64,000 bases of DNA from Acidobacteriota bacterium. GTDB taxonomy: Bacteria; Acidobacteriota; UBA6911; RPQK01; JAJDTT01. Numbering within the stretch: position 1 is the first letter of the stretch; every line of letters begins with the position of its first letter. Both the position numbers and the translations under genes were made by a program. The notes under the pieces are model-generated. The model searched no databases. It was not told the origin of the DNA and was given only the letters and a program-made list of their open reading frames with translations. Where the stretch lies: positions 3,680,001 to 3,744,000 of the forward strand of contig CBDCJH010000002.1 in the NCBI GenBank assembly GCA_965217775.1, given 5' to 3'. Positions 37,429 to 47,717 of the stretch are shown piece by piece.

Positions 37429-37769
37429 GGCATCACCTCCTCGGAGTTCCTCCGCGACCCACGACCCGTCGGTGACGTTCACGGTTACCAACGAATCCTG
37501 GATCGTTTGTCCTCCTCAGGTTTCGAGCAACCGCGAAGAGAGACAGTGACTCGGTATCAGGAAATGTGATTTTTTTGCCGGAATGGGCTCAGCGAAGCCG
37601 GAATTGGTTGGGTTGTACAGAACGCAGGGTTGCTTGGAAAGGAAGGTCAACCCATCCGTGAGTTGTTGAAGTGAACCGATTTCGGCCGATCAGAACAGGG
37701 GAGAGCGGCGGACCGAGGATAGACCATCCAGGTCAGTGAACGGAGACCCGACCAAACCAATTGTTCAGG

Positions 37770-37906
37770 TGCTCGGCAAAGAAGTCTCCCACCGGCTGCG
37801 GGCCGGCGCAATCCGCGCAGAAAAAAGGGTGGCGTGGGAGCGGGGGCTTTCCAGCCGCCGGTTGCGGGTCGGCGATGAAGAGGGGGACAAAATGTCCCCC
37901 CTCCCA
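37770..37906. repeat. Divergent REP-like hairpin cluster
   Basis: GGGAGCGGGGGCTTTCCAGCCGCCG and inverted GGGGGACAAAATGTCCCCCCTCCC. Confidence 0.55.
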
Positions 37907-37914
37907 GGTCGCCC

Positions 37915-38544
37915 CTATTTGTCGACCCACTGGCCTTTCCCCTCCACAAAGTGCGCTTCCGCAACCACGCGCCCGTCTCTGCGGGCGACCCACTTCCCGT
38001 GCTGTTTCCCCTCCAGATACGAGCCTTGATTGACGATCCCGTTCGCGTCGCGAATGACCCACTTTCCGTGCCGCTGTCCCTTCACATACCGGCCTTCGCC
38101 GACGGTCCCGTTCGCCCAGCGCTCGACCCAGCGCCCGTGCCGCTGCCCCCCCGAAAACGTGCCTTCCGAGACGCCCCCGTCCGCCCATTGCATGACCCAG
38201 CGCCCGTGCCGTTTCCCGGCGCGGAGGCGCCCCGTAGTTTCGATGGTTTCCTGGTCGCCGTCCCAGGCCCATTTCAGAGTTCCGGTCCCCTGAGCCATGC
38301 CCTCGGCACACTCTGCCGTCCAACTCACAGTCGCGTCCGGCCTGAGGTTCGAAGTCCGGACCTGGCATCCCGGTGGGTTGGACAACTCCCGCCAGCAGGC
38401 CGCGCCCTTCGGCCGGCCCGTGCACGTGGGTTCGCCGCGGAATAAGGCCACCGACCCCGCACGGGACTTCCGATCGGTATCCTTCTCGGCCTGGGAAACG
38501 CTCAACAGGACCAAGACAAGAACACTCGGAATCCCTGAGGGCAT
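37915..38544 (-). CDS. Secreted Cys-rich module + MORN-like repeat protein
   Basis: TCTGRPKGAACWRELSNPPGC...WTAECAEG.AQGTGTLKW, repeated G.RHG.WV units; homologous to the middle of 8494-10368. Confidence 0.8.
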   Translation of the reverse strand: MPSGIPSVLVLVLLSVSQAEKDTDRKSRAGSVALFRGEPTCTGRPKGAACWRELSNPPGCQVRTSNLRPDATVSWTAECAEGMAQGTGTLKWAWDGDQETIETTGRLRAGKRHGRWVMQWADGGVSEGTFSGGQRHGRWVERWANGTVGEGRYVKGQRHGKWVIRDANGIVNQGSYLEGKQHGKWVARRDGRVVAEAHFVEGKGQWVDK

Positions 38545-38609
38545 GGGAGTTATCTCCCGTGGGTCATTTTTGCAATCGAAGGTTGGTCAAGGGGATGGGT
38601 GGCATCGCT

Positions 38610-40706
38610 TCAGGCCAGGGGCGAGATCAACAGATTCCCGAAGCGGTCCACCTCCAGCTGAAAGCCCGGCTGGACCAGGGTCGTGGAATCGATCTCTTCC
38701 ACGATGGCGGGACCCTCGATCCGGTGGCCCGCCTTCAGTTGGGTCCGATCGTAGATGGCCGTCGGCACGAAATCTCCCTGGGATCCGAAGTACACCGGTC
38801 GCTGGTCCACGGCGGACGCTTGGGAACCGTTCGCTGACGAGATCTCCCGGAACCGCGGCTTCTGGATGGCCCCCAGCGCGGTCAGCCGGAAATTCACCAA
38901 CTCGATGGGTTGGTCCGGGTAACCGTGACCATAGGCTCGATCGTGCTCGACGTGGAACCGCTCCACCACGTCCTCCAGTTCCGCCGAGGTCACTTCTCCT
39001 CCCGGGCATTCGATGGGAAGCTCGTAGGACTGTCCCGCGTAACGCATCTCGATCTGACGCTGAAAGCTGATGTCCTTCTCCGCCAACCTCTCGCGCTTCA
39101 GACCTGCCCGGCCCTGATCCTCCATGGCGGCGAAGATGCGGTTGATCTCGTCGAAGTCCGTTCGGTCCTTCGGCATGATCCGGGTTTGGGAAAACTCGTG
39201 TTTGAGATCGGTGACCAGCAAGCCCAGCGCGGAGGCCGTCCCGGGACTCGGGGGCACGATGAGCAGCGGGATCTGCATCTCGGCGCAGAGGCGATTGGCG
39301 TGCAGCGGTCCGGCTCCGCCGAAGGCCACCATCACCAGGTCCCGGGGGTCGTAGCCGCGCCGAACGGTGGTGATCCGCAGGGCGTTGGTCATCTCGGCGT
39401 TGGCGATCTCCACGATCCCGTTGGCGCATTCCACCACCTCCATTGAGAGGCGCTGCGCGCACCGGCTGCGGATCCCTTCCCGGGCGTCGTCCAGGTCGAG
39501 ACCCATCTCCCCGCCCAGAAAGAACTCGGGATTGAGCCGGCCCAGAACCAGATTGGCGTCGGTGATGGTGGGATCCGTCCCGCCGTATCCATAGCAGATG
39601 GGCCCGGGATCGGCTCCCGCGCTCTGGGGCCCCACTCTCAGAATTCCTCCCGTGTCCACCCAGGCGACGCTTCCTCCTCCCGCGCCGATCTCCACCAGGT
39701 CGATGACCGGGGTCCGGATCGGGTATCCGCTGCCCCGGGACTGGCCGACTCCGGGCAAGGCCTGGGCGCCGACCTCGTACTCCTTGGTCACCTTGGGGCG
39801 CCCGTCCAGGATCAGACCCACCTTGGCCGTGGTGCCCCCCATGTCGAAGGAGATGACATCCTTGTGACCCAGGGCGCCGGCGATGAAGTTGGAGACGATC
39901 ACGCCGGCGGCCGGTCCCGACTCCACCATGTATGCCGGCTTCTCGGCCCCGGTTTCGAAGGTCAGCACTCCGCCGCTGGACTGCATGACCAGAAGCTCGC
40001 CCGACACCCCCTGTCCCCTCAACCGCCTCTCGATCCCCCGCAGATAGCGGGTGATCACCGGCCGGACGCAGGCGTTGATGACGGTGGTGCTGGCGCGGAA
40101 GTATTCCCGGAATTCCGGGCAGACGACGGAAGAGAGAGAGATGATCAGATTCGGATTCCGTTCCCGAAGGATTTCGCCGACCCGCAACTCGTGTGCCGGA
40201 TTCAGATAGGAGTGCAGGAGGCAGACGGCCACCGAAACCACGCCTTCCCGTTCCAGCTTGGCGGCGACCTCGCGCACCCGCTCCTCGTCCAGGGCCAGCA
40301 GCACGTTCCCCTCGGCATCCAATCGTTCGGGGACCTCGAAGCAGAGGTCGCGTGGAACCAGAGGCCGGGGCTTCTCGAAATGGATGTCGTAGAGGGAAGG
40401 CCGGACCTGCCGTGCGATCTCCAGCATGTCGCGGAAGCCTCCGGTGGTGATGAAGGCGCAGCGGGGCGTCTTCCCTTCGATCAGGGCGTTGGTGGCCACC
40501 GTCGTGCCATGCACCAGGTAGGAAATTTGCTCAGGTTCCAATCCGTCCGCCAGGATCCGGTCCACCGCGTTCACGAAACCGACCGCGGGATCGCTGGGAG
40601 TCGAGGGGACCTTGGCGGTCTGAGATTCGCCGGTCTCCTCCGAGATCAGGACCGCGTCGGTGAAGGTGCCTCCCACGTCGACGCCCACTCGAAATTGGGC
40701 TTTCAT
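38610..40706 (-). CDS. Hydantoinase A / 5-oxoprolinase ATP-hydrolysing subunit
   Basis: GVDVGGTFTD, HGTTVATNAL, ESGPAAG, DMGGTT, GAGGGS, FGGAGPLH. Confidence 0.93.
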   Translation of the reverse strand: MKAQFRVGVDVGGTFTDAVLISEETGESQTAKVPSTPSDPAVGFVNAVDRILADGLEPEQISYLVHGTTVATNALIEGKTPRCAFITTGGFRDMLEIARQVRPSLYDIHFEKPRPLVPRDLCFEVPERLDAEGNVLLALDEERVREVAAKLEREGVVSVAVCLLHSYLNPAHELRVGEILRERNPNLIISLSSVVCPEFREYFRASTTVINACVRPVITRYLRGIERRLRGQGVSGELLVMQSSGGVLTFETGAEKPAYMVESGPAAGVIVSNFIAGALGHKDVISFDMGGTTAKVGLILDGRPKVTKEYEVGAQALPGVGQSRGSGYPIRTPVIDLVEIGAGGGSVAWVDTGGILRVGPQSAGADPGPICYGYGGTDPTITDANLVLGRLNPEFFLGGEMGLDLDDAREGIRSRCAQRLSMEVVECANGIVEIANAEMTNALRITTVRRGYDPRDLVMVAFGGAGPLHANRLCAEMQIPLLIVPPSPGTASALGLLVTDLKHEFSQTRIMPKDRTDFDEINRIFAAMEDQGRAGLKRERLAEKDISFQRQIEMRYAGQSYELPIECPGGEVTSAELEDVVERFHVEHDRAYGHGYPDQPIELVNFRLTALGAIQKPRFREISSANGSQASAVDQRPVYFGSQGDFVPTAIYDRTQLKAGHRIEGPAIVEEIDSTTLVQPGFQLEVDRFGNLLISPLA

Positions 40707-42463
40707 TCTTGGCTTCCTCTTGCCTTCAGCTTTTCGCGCAGTCTTGCCGTCTCGCCCAGGTCGACCGTCCAGTTTTCCGTGTCTACGGACACCCCGTAGG
40801 CGTCACGGGCGCGGGCTGGAGAAATCTTTTCCTCCCGCACGTCGCGCAGCACGAGCTCCGGGTCCCGTTCCCAGGGGGGCCCGTATCCGCCGCCGCCGCA
40901 GGTCTCGATCCGGATGCGCTCACCCAGTCCCACCTCATCCGTTCCCTTGGAGGGCAGCTTTCGCGGGCTCCCGTCCAAAAACGACAGGTAACGCGCCGGC
41001 TTGCCCTCCCCGCCCTGAAACAGGCCCCAGGGAGGGAACTTGGCCCGGTCCGCCAGGGTCGTGAACACCGGTTCGTGTTCAGGAAAGACGTATTCCCGGC
41101 AGAGCCCGAGCCCACCCCGGTAGCGACCGGGCCCCTCCGAGTCCGGGATCAGGCTGTAACGGGTGATTCGGACCGGATAATTGAGCTCCGTCTCTTCGAT
41201 GGGCGCGTTCTGGGTGTTTTGGATGTGCGTCTGGACGGCGTCTGGTCCGTCGGAATTGAACCGGCCTCCGTAGCCGCCGGCCAGAGTTTCCAGATAGGTG
41301 TAGTAGTCGCCGGTTCGGGGATCCTCCCCGCCGAAGCCCACGTGGCAGATCATTCCCTTGGTTCCGGCGGGCACCCGGTCCGGAACCGCTTGGGACAGGG
41401 CTTTGAAGAGAACTTCACACAGGCGCATGGAGACCTCCCAGCCGCCCACGATGGCGCCCGGGTGGCGGGCGTTGAGGACCGACCCCTTCGGAGCGATCAC
41501 CTCGATCGGCTGGTAGAACCCCTCGTTGACCGGGATGTCCGGATCCACCAGGCACTTCAGAACATAGACGCAGGCGGTGAAGGTCTGGGTGAGGTTGCTG
41601 TTCATGGGGGCCGACCGCTGCTGGTCCGTCCCCCTGAAGTCGAATCTGATTTTTCGGCCCTCCAAAGTGACCTTGGCCTTCAGGTGCACGGGACGGTCCG
41701 TGATGCCGTCGTCATCGAGCCAGCCCTCCGCTTCGTAGGTCCCCTGAGGCAGTTTCTCCAGTTCCCCTTCGATTCGCCGCGCCGTGTACTCCAGCAGCCG
41801 GTCGACGTAGAAGTCGAGGGTCTCTTTTCCGTATCGATCCAGAAGCGCCGTCAGCCGCCGCATTCCCATGTTGTTGGCCGCGATCTGGGCCCGGAGGTCG
41901 CCGCCCACTTCCCGGTCGGCCCGCACGTTGGCCAAGATCATCTTCCAGAGGCCCGGATGGATCTCTCCGCGAGAGACCAGCTTCACCACGGGGAGAATGA
42001 TGCCCTCCTGGTAGATCTCCCGAAACGCTCCAATGCTGGCGGGAGCCCCGCCCCCCACGTCCACGTGGTGACAGCAGTTGCTCACGTAGCCCACCACCTT
42101 CCCCCGATAGAAAAAAGGAGCGATGAGAAAAATGTCGTTCAGGTGGCTACCCTGCCGGTGGGGGTCGTTGACCACCAGCATGTCCCCCGGCTCCAGATTC
42201 TCGCTGCCGTATTCCTGAACCGAGCGCGGGATCAGACGGCCGATGGTGACCAGATGCGCCGGCTGGCAGAAGGCCTGCGCCACCATCCTGCCCTGCGCAT
42301 CCACGAAGGCGCAGGAATAGTCGAGCCGAGTCTTGACGTTGGTGGAGAAGGCGGTTCGTTGAATGGAGACCGACATTTCCTCGGTCACCTCCACCAGCGC
42401 GTTTCGAATCACTTCGAAGAGAATCGGATCGACCTTGCGGTTTCCGGGTGCTACGGGTTCCAT
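40703..42463 (-). CDS. Hydantoinase B / oxoprolinase subunit
   Basis: NDPH...HLND, HHVDVGG, QEG, GPGRYRGGLG, GGGGYG. Confidence 0.93.
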   Translation of the reverse strand: MEPVAPGNRKVDPILFEVIRNALVEVTEEMSVSIQRTAFSTNVKTRLDYSCAFVDAQGRMVAQAFCQPAHLVTIGRLIPRSVQEYGSENLEPGDMLVVNDPHRQGSHLNDIFLIAPFFYRGKVVGYVSNCCHHVDVGGGAPASIGAFREIYQEGIILPVVKLVSRGEIHPGLWKMILANVRADREVGGDLRAQIAANNMGMRRLTALLDRYGKETLDFYVDRLLEYTARRIEGELEKLPQGTYEAEGWLDDDGITDRPVHLKAKVTLEGRKIRFDFRGTDQQRSAPMNSNLTQTFTACVYVLKCLVDPDIPVNEGFYQPIEVIAPKGSVLNARHPGAIVGGWEVSMRLCEVLFKALSQAVPDRVPAGTKGMICHVGFGGEDPRTGDYYTYLETLAGGYGGRFNSDGPDAVQTHIQNTQNAPIEETELNYPVRITRYSLIPDSEGPGRYRGGLGLCREYVFPEHEPVFTTLADRAKFPPWGLFQGGEGKPARYLSFLDGSPRKLPSKGTDEVGLGERIRIETCGGGGYGPPWERDPELVLRDVREEKISPARARDAYGVSVDTENWTVDLGETARLREKLKARGSQE

Positions 42464-42598
42464 GGATTGACCTTGTTCTCAGGATGTGGAAGTGGACTCA
42501 CCCGTCGCCGATCGATCTGCTGGGGCGGAAAAACCGCGCCCCGGCCGCAGGGGTCCGGCCCGGCGTTTCTGCGGCTGAAACACCCGTCGCGTTGAAGC

Positions 42599-44371
42599 TC
42601 ATTCTGGGCCCTTGGCGGGGATGACCGGAAGCAAAATATGGGACGGATAGCCTTCGTCGTGATAGACCGTCTGGGTGGCCACCACGATTTCCGGATCGAT
42701 TCCGAGGGCGCCGCCGTTGTTCAGATTGCGGTCGAAACGGGGGAAGTTGCTGCTGGAGACTTCGATCCGAATGCTGTGGCCCGGCAGGAAGGCGTGGCCC
42801 GTCACCCCCATCTTGACGTTGAATTCGTAGACCGTGCCCGGTGTCATCAGGACCGGCGTTTCGAATGATTCCCGGAAGCGAGCCCGCAGGATTCCCTCGC
42901 ACAGGTTGACGGACCGTCCATCGGGAAAGACGTCCAGCAACCGGACGGTCCAGTCGGTGTCCAACGCGGAGCTGCTGGCGTAGACCTTCGCGTTCACCGG
43001 TCCCGTGACTTCCAGCTCTTGCTCCATCTCACGGCTGGTATAGACCAACACGTCGTCTCTCCGCTCGATGGGACGGTGATCGGCGGGAGGATGAGACCCG
43101 TCCCGGATCCCGGTCACGAGAGGGACCGGGTCTTCGGGATCGTAGACGTAGGAATCTGCGGGCTGGTCCCCTTCCGGTTTCTCGACGCTGAGAGATCCGT
43201 CTCCGAAGAGCGTGTTGGCACGGCCTTCGCTGTGGAGATAGTAGGGCGTCCACCGGGTCTCGGGCAGCGGCCACTTCTCCGCCTCCTTCCACTGGTTCCT
43301 TCCCATGACGAAGAGCTTCAGCGGCGGCTCCTCCTCGATGCCGTTCTTGATCCCCTTCAGCCAGCGGTCCATCCACCCCAGCCAGAGTTCGTAGAGGTCG
43401 ACGACCGAGTCCTCGCCGAAGTCGATGATGCCGTACTTCTGCTGGGGCCGGTCGGTATGGACCCAGGGCCCCATGACGACCTTTTGAAGACGCTTCGCCC
43501 GTTCGGTTCCTTCGGTCTGAATGCCGTCGTAGTTGGCGAAGAGGGACACGCCATGGATGTCCCACCAGCCGGCGATTTGCAGAATGGGCAGGTCCATCTT
43601 CCCGAACTTGCCGTAGTTGCCGATCTTCTTCCAGTAGTCGTCCCAACTCGAATGGCGCACCCAGTCCCGGTAGAAGTCGATGGGCCGGCCGGTGGCCTCT
43701 TCGTCCGCGGTCAGGATCGGCAGGTGCCGGAAGAGCTTGTCCCAATCGTAGTGGCTGGTCGGCTGCCGGGTGACGGAACTGTTGGCCATGGCCCAGGGGA
43801 GGTTGATATGCAGTTGAAAGGCACCCCCCGTGTAGTTCATCCCGTAGAGGTAGTAGTCGGCCGGCGCCATCTGGGGGACGATGGTCTTGAGGTAGGGGGA
43901 TCCGGTGGGGGCCGCCATCCATTGGACCAGGCCCATGTAGGACATCCCGTTCATTCCCACGTTACCGTCGGACCAGGGCTGCGTGCCGCACCAGTCGAGA
44001 GTGTCCCTTCCGTCGTCGATCTCCGGGTACCAGGCGTACCATTTACCGTCGGAGTCGTTCCTCCCGCGGCAGTCCTGAATGACGTAGACGTAACCCCGCC
44101 GGGCGAAGTACATGGCCCTTTCCACGTACCAATTGCCGCCGTTGCCGTAGGGGGTCCGCTCCAGGATGACGGGCCACTTGCCCTCCTGGTCGGGCAGGTA
44201 GACGTCGGCGGACAACTCGACGCCGTCCCGCATGGGGACCCGGACGTCGATTCGTATCGCCACTTCGTGGTCGGGCTGGGAGAGGCGGTCCTTCCAACCA
44301 TGGTGCTCGGCGGGAAGTGCTGAAGTCCACGCAAGTGCGAGAAGTCCGGAGACGAAAAGGAACCTTGTCAT
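42599..44371 (-). CDS. CocE/NonD family serine hydrolase (secreted)
   Basis: PMRDGVEL, RTPY, QDCRGR, GMSYMG nucleophile motif, GPWVH, SSNFPRFDRN. Confidence 0.9.
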   Translation of the reverse strand: MTRFLFVSGLLALAWTSALPAEHHGWKDRLSQPDHEVAIRIDVRVPMRDGVELSADVYLPDQEGKWPVILERTPYGNGGNWYVERAMYFARRGYVYVIQDCRGRNDSDGKWYAWYPEIDDGRDTLDWCGTQPWSDGNVGMNGMSYMGLVQWMAAPTGSPYLKTIVPQMAPADYYLYGMNYTGGAFQLHINLPWAMANSSVTRQPTSHYDWDKLFRHLPILTADEEATGRPIDFYRDWVRHSSWDDYWKKIGNYGKFGKMDLPILQIAGWWDIHGVSLFANYDGIQTEGTERAKRLQKVVMGPWVHTDRPQQKYGIIDFGEDSVVDLYELWLGWMDRWLKGIKNGIEEEPPLKLFVMGRNQWKEAEKWPLPETRWTPYYLHSEGRANTLFGDGSLSVEKPEGDQPADSYVYDPEDPVPLVTGIRDGSHPPADHRPIERRDDVLVYTSREMEQELEVTGPVNAKVYASSSALDTDWTVRLLDVFPDGRSVNLCEGILRARFRESFETPVLMTPGTVYEFNVKMGVTGHAFLPGHSIRIEVSSSNFPRFDRNLNNGGALGIDPEIVVATQTVYHDEGYPSHILLPVIPAKGPE

Positions 44372-44502
44372 AGAATGTCTCGACCCGTTACGGAAAACCG
44401 GCTGGTAGCTCCATCGCTCTTCCCCTAAGAAATGGTCGTCAGGACCAGACGAAATGTAGGCCAGAGACTAACGCCTGCGGTGTGTTCGGTCAATGAGGGT
44501 AA

Positions 44503-44592
44503 GGAGCGGCGGCGGCGCGGCTTTCCAGTCGCCGAAACTCCCACCGCCGGATGGGCGGATGGAAGAGTGGGCGACTGGAAAGTCGCCCCTCC
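44503..44592. repeat. Inverted REP pair (same family)
   Basis: GGAGCGGCGG...CTTTCCAGTCGCCG and GGGCGACTGGAAAGTCGCCCCTCC. Confidence 0.65.
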
Positions 44593-44599
44593 CGCGGGG

Positions 44600-47500
44600 T
44601 CAGTCTGTTGCCGAACCGGTCAGGAAGCTCAACAGGTGGGACATATCCGTCACGCTGATCTCCTGTTCCAGGCCTTCTGGCATGCCGGACACGCTGGAGA
44701 CGAACATGGCGCGGATGTTCTCCCGGGGAATTGCGGTTTCCGAGCCGTCTTCCCTGCGGAGCGTCACCGATACGGGAGTCTGCGAAGCGATGACCCCTTC
44801 CTGTAGAACTCCGTTGTTCAACTCCACCACGTACAGTTGATAGTTGTCCGCGATCGCCCGGCTCGGCAGCATGATGTCGGCCAGCAGCTCCTGCCGCGAC
44901 CGGTGCCGCACCGCCCCCAGATCGGGACCGAAGCCGGCGTCCGTGCCCTCGATCTCGTGACATTTTTCGCAGTTCTTCTCGAACACCGCGGCGCCCTGAA
45001 CCGGATCCCCCGCGACACCCAAAGCAGCCCGGTACCGCTCCAGGGCGGCGAGCCGGCGGTTGTCCAGCTTGCGCATCAGGTCATGCACCCGAGCCCGGAT
45101 CGACGCGTCCGCGTGCATTACCAGGCGCGACTTGTGCCTCTGGCTGATGGTCCAGAAGGGCACGTCTTCATTCTCGATCGCCGTCATCAGGAGCTCTACG
45201 GTCTCCGGCTTGGAAAGCAGCGTCGCGGCGGCTCCCAGGCGCACGCCGGTCGTCATTTCCCGCCATTGGGAAATCAGCAGTGTCCCTACCTCGTCGCTTT
45301 CCGTCTGCGCCATTGCCCGGACCGCGGCGACCTGGACTTCCTCCGGTTCCTGGGGATCGAGCAGTCCGGCCAACAGGTCGAACCTGGATTCTCCATCCAG
45401 GAGCGCCAGGAGACGCACCGAATCGGCCCTCAGTGCCGGGGCCAGCGCGCGGTCCTCGATCCTGGCCAGGACGCGATCCGGAAGGGACTTCGCCACCTGG
45501 TCCAGCGGCTTCGGCGCCAGATCCAACAGCCGTAGCGCCGCGCTGCGCAGCAGCGGTGAGGACGCCTCGGCCAACGCCAGCAGACGGCGGATCTCAAGGC
45601 CTCGAGTCCGGTCGTCTCCCGAGCCCTGCCGAATCCCCTGGGCCAGCCCCTCCAGGCCGGCCGCGCGCCACCAGTCGGAATCCGGCTTGCCCTGCCTGGC
45701 GACCCGTTCGAAGAGCCGCCGGACCGCCGAGGGATCGCCGGCCGCGCCGACGAGCGCACCGATCTGGCGAAAGAACTCGACCCTCTGTTTCGATGCCGAT
45801 TCGGAGAACTCGGACACGGCCAGATCGAGCAGCTCGAGCGGGCGGGGTGCGGATGCGCTCAGCGCCGCGAGCTGCACCCAGGGGTCCTCCATGTCCCGCA
45901 ACAACAACTGGCGGCGAGCCCGGCGCGCTGCCGGGGAATCCAGCCAACCCAGCGTGCAGAGCAACTGGAAGCGCACCGCCGGTTGGGCGTCCTCCGTCAT
46001 CGCCAGCAAGTCCTCCGCCAGACCGGGTTCCGGGTCCAATCTCGCCTCCGCCAGACGGATCCCGTTTTCCCGGATCCCGGGTTCCTGGTCCTTGAGAGCT
46101 TGCCGGATGTCGGAAGGCGCCAGACCGCCCAGACCATCGAGGGTCCACAGAGCATGCAGCCGGGTGTCGGGACTGGGACTCGAACCCAACATCTCTTTCA
46201 GCCGATCGGCAATGCCTCGACTCTGGCGGTCCACCAGCATTCGTTGCGCATGAGTTCTCCACCAGGCGTTGGGATGGTTCAGGGACTCCACCAGCACCAC
46301 GTCCGATGCCGGGCTCATCGCCAGGCTCGGATCCCAGGGAACGGGATTCTGCGACTCCGGAGTGATCCGGTAGATCCGGCCGTGCCGGCCGCCCTCGTAG
46401 AGAGCCTCCGGTCCCCGGCCCGGATCGTGAAACTCGTCCGACATCCATTCCGGATGCTCGATGATTCGACGGTAGTAGTCCACGACGTAAAGCGCTCCGT
46501 CCGGTCCCACGTAGACGAAGACGGGCCGGAACCAATGATCCGTGGAGGCCAGAAACTCCGTCTCCTCCTGGACCCGGCTGGCTTGCAGGGTGACCCCGCC
46601 CTCCTTGAGGAGGTCGCAGTGAACCAGGTTGTGGGCCGGGTCGGCCACGAAGGAGGCCTGTTCGTACGGGGAGGGAAAGAGGCCGCCGGAATAGACGGCG
46701 ATTCCGCAGGCCGAAGTGAAGTTTCCGATATCGGTCAGGATGCGATGTTTCGGGTTCAGCGTGACCGGATAGACGCGAGGCGGATGATCGGAGACGTCTT
46801 TGGAGGTGGAGGCGGCGCTCAGCGCAGGGTTCCGGATCAGATAGGGAGCTGCCACGACCTGTTGGCGGATGTGCCGGACGCTGTTCAGAGTCAACAGGCG
46901 TCCCCAGCGATCGAAACTCAAGCCGAAACCACTGCTTCCGGAAACAGTCTCCAGTTCGTGCGTGTCGGGCCGAAAACGGAGATTGCCGATTCGATTCTCC
47001 AGTCGAACGCCCTCTACCCGGCCGGCGAACCGGATCTTGGATCCCTCGTCGCCGAACTTTTCCTGGAAGATGACGGTCTTGATGGGGGGCTCGTGAGCCA
47101 GGTAGATCCAGTTGTCCAGCCCGTAGCGCGGGTTGCTGACCGTGTGCTGGGGGTTGCTCAGGGCGAAACCGGTCAGAACGGCGGACTTGATGTCGGCCCG
47201 GTTGTCGCCGTCGGTGTCCTCCAGATACCAGACGTCCGGGGCGTCGGTCACCAGCACCCCGTTTTTCCAACGCAGGACTCCCGTCGGCAGCACCAGCCCG
47301 TCGGCGAAGACGGTGCTGCGGTCCGGCAGTCCGTCGCCGTCGGTATCCTCCAGCAACTTCACGCGGCCGTTCCGTCCCGTATCCAGCGGGTAGCCGATCA
47401 TTTCGACCACGTAGATGCGGCCTTGCTCGTCGATCTCCATGGCGACCGGATCTTGAATCAGGGGTTCCGCGGCGAAGACCTCGATTCGAAAGCCCTCTTC

Positions 47501-47647
47501 CAGGACGAACGTCTCAAGCGCTTCTTGGGGGCCGAAAGGGGGTCCCGGCCGGGTGCATGCGGAGAGCAGCAGGGTCGTTCCCAGAAGGGCATAGAGTGCG
47601 CGCGGCCATGTCGGCGGAGCCGGTTTCGATACCGGTTGAATGAGCAT
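44600..47647 (-). CDS. PVC-type heme-binding CxxCH membrane-bound dehydrogenase (propeller + HEAT + cytochrome c)
   Basis: Lipobox LSAC, FAAEPLIQDPVAM, WFRPV..GPDGALYVVD, HEAT-like repeats, CEKCH, GPDL, MPEGLE. Confidence 0.88.
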   Translation of the reverse strand: MLIQPVSKPAPPTWPRALYALLGTTLLLSACTRPGPPFGPQEALETFVLEEGFRIEVFAAEPLIQDPVAMEIDEQGRIYVVEMIGYPLDTGRNGRVKLLEDTDGDGLPDRSTVFADGLVLPTGVLRWKNGVLVTDAPDVWYLEDTDGDNRADIKSAVLTGFALSNPQHTVSNPRYGLDNWIYLAHEPPIKTVIFQEKFGDEGSKIRFAGRVEGVRLENRIGNLRFRPDTHELETVSGSSGFGLSFDRWGRLLTLNSVRHIRQQVVAAPYLIRNPALSAASTSKDVSDHPPRVYPVTLNPKHRILTDIGNFTSACGIAVYSGGLFPSPYEQASFVADPAHNLVHCDLLKEGGVTLQASRVQEETEFLASTDHWFRPVFVYVGPDGALYVVDYYRRIIEHPEWMSDEFHDPGRGPEALYEGGRHGRIYRITPESQNPVPWDPSLAMSPASDVVLVESLNHPNAWWRTHAQRMLVDRQSRGIADRLKEMLGSSPSPDTRLHALWTLDGLGGLAPSDIRQALKDQEPGIRENGIRLAEARLDPEPGLAEDLLAMTEDAQPAVRFQLLCTLGWLDSPAARRARRQLLLRDMEDPWVQLAALSASAPRPLELLDLAVSEFSESASKQRVEFFRQIGALVGAAGDPSAVRRLFERVARQGKPDSDWWRAAGLEGLAQGIRQGSGDDRTRGLEIRRLLALAEASSPLLRSAALRLLDLAPKPLDQVAKSLPDRVLARIEDRALAPALRADSVRLLALLDGESRFDLLAGLLDPQEPEEVQVAAVRAMAQTESDEVGTLLISQWREMTTGVRLGAAATLLSKPETVELLMTAIENEDVPFWTISQRHKSRLVMHADASIRARVHDLMRKLDNRRLAALERYRAALGVAGDPVQGAAVFEKNCEKCHEIEGTDAGFGPDLGAVRHRSRQELLADIMLPSRAIADNYQLYVVELNNGVLQEGVIASQTPVSVTLRREDGSETAIPRENIRAMFVSSVSGMPEGLEQEISVTDMSHLLSFLTGSATD

Positions 47648-47717
47648 GGACGGCACTCTTTCCCGAACTCGCAAAAGCTGATCGCCGACGCTACGAAGAG
47701 TCATTGTGCACGGGGAA

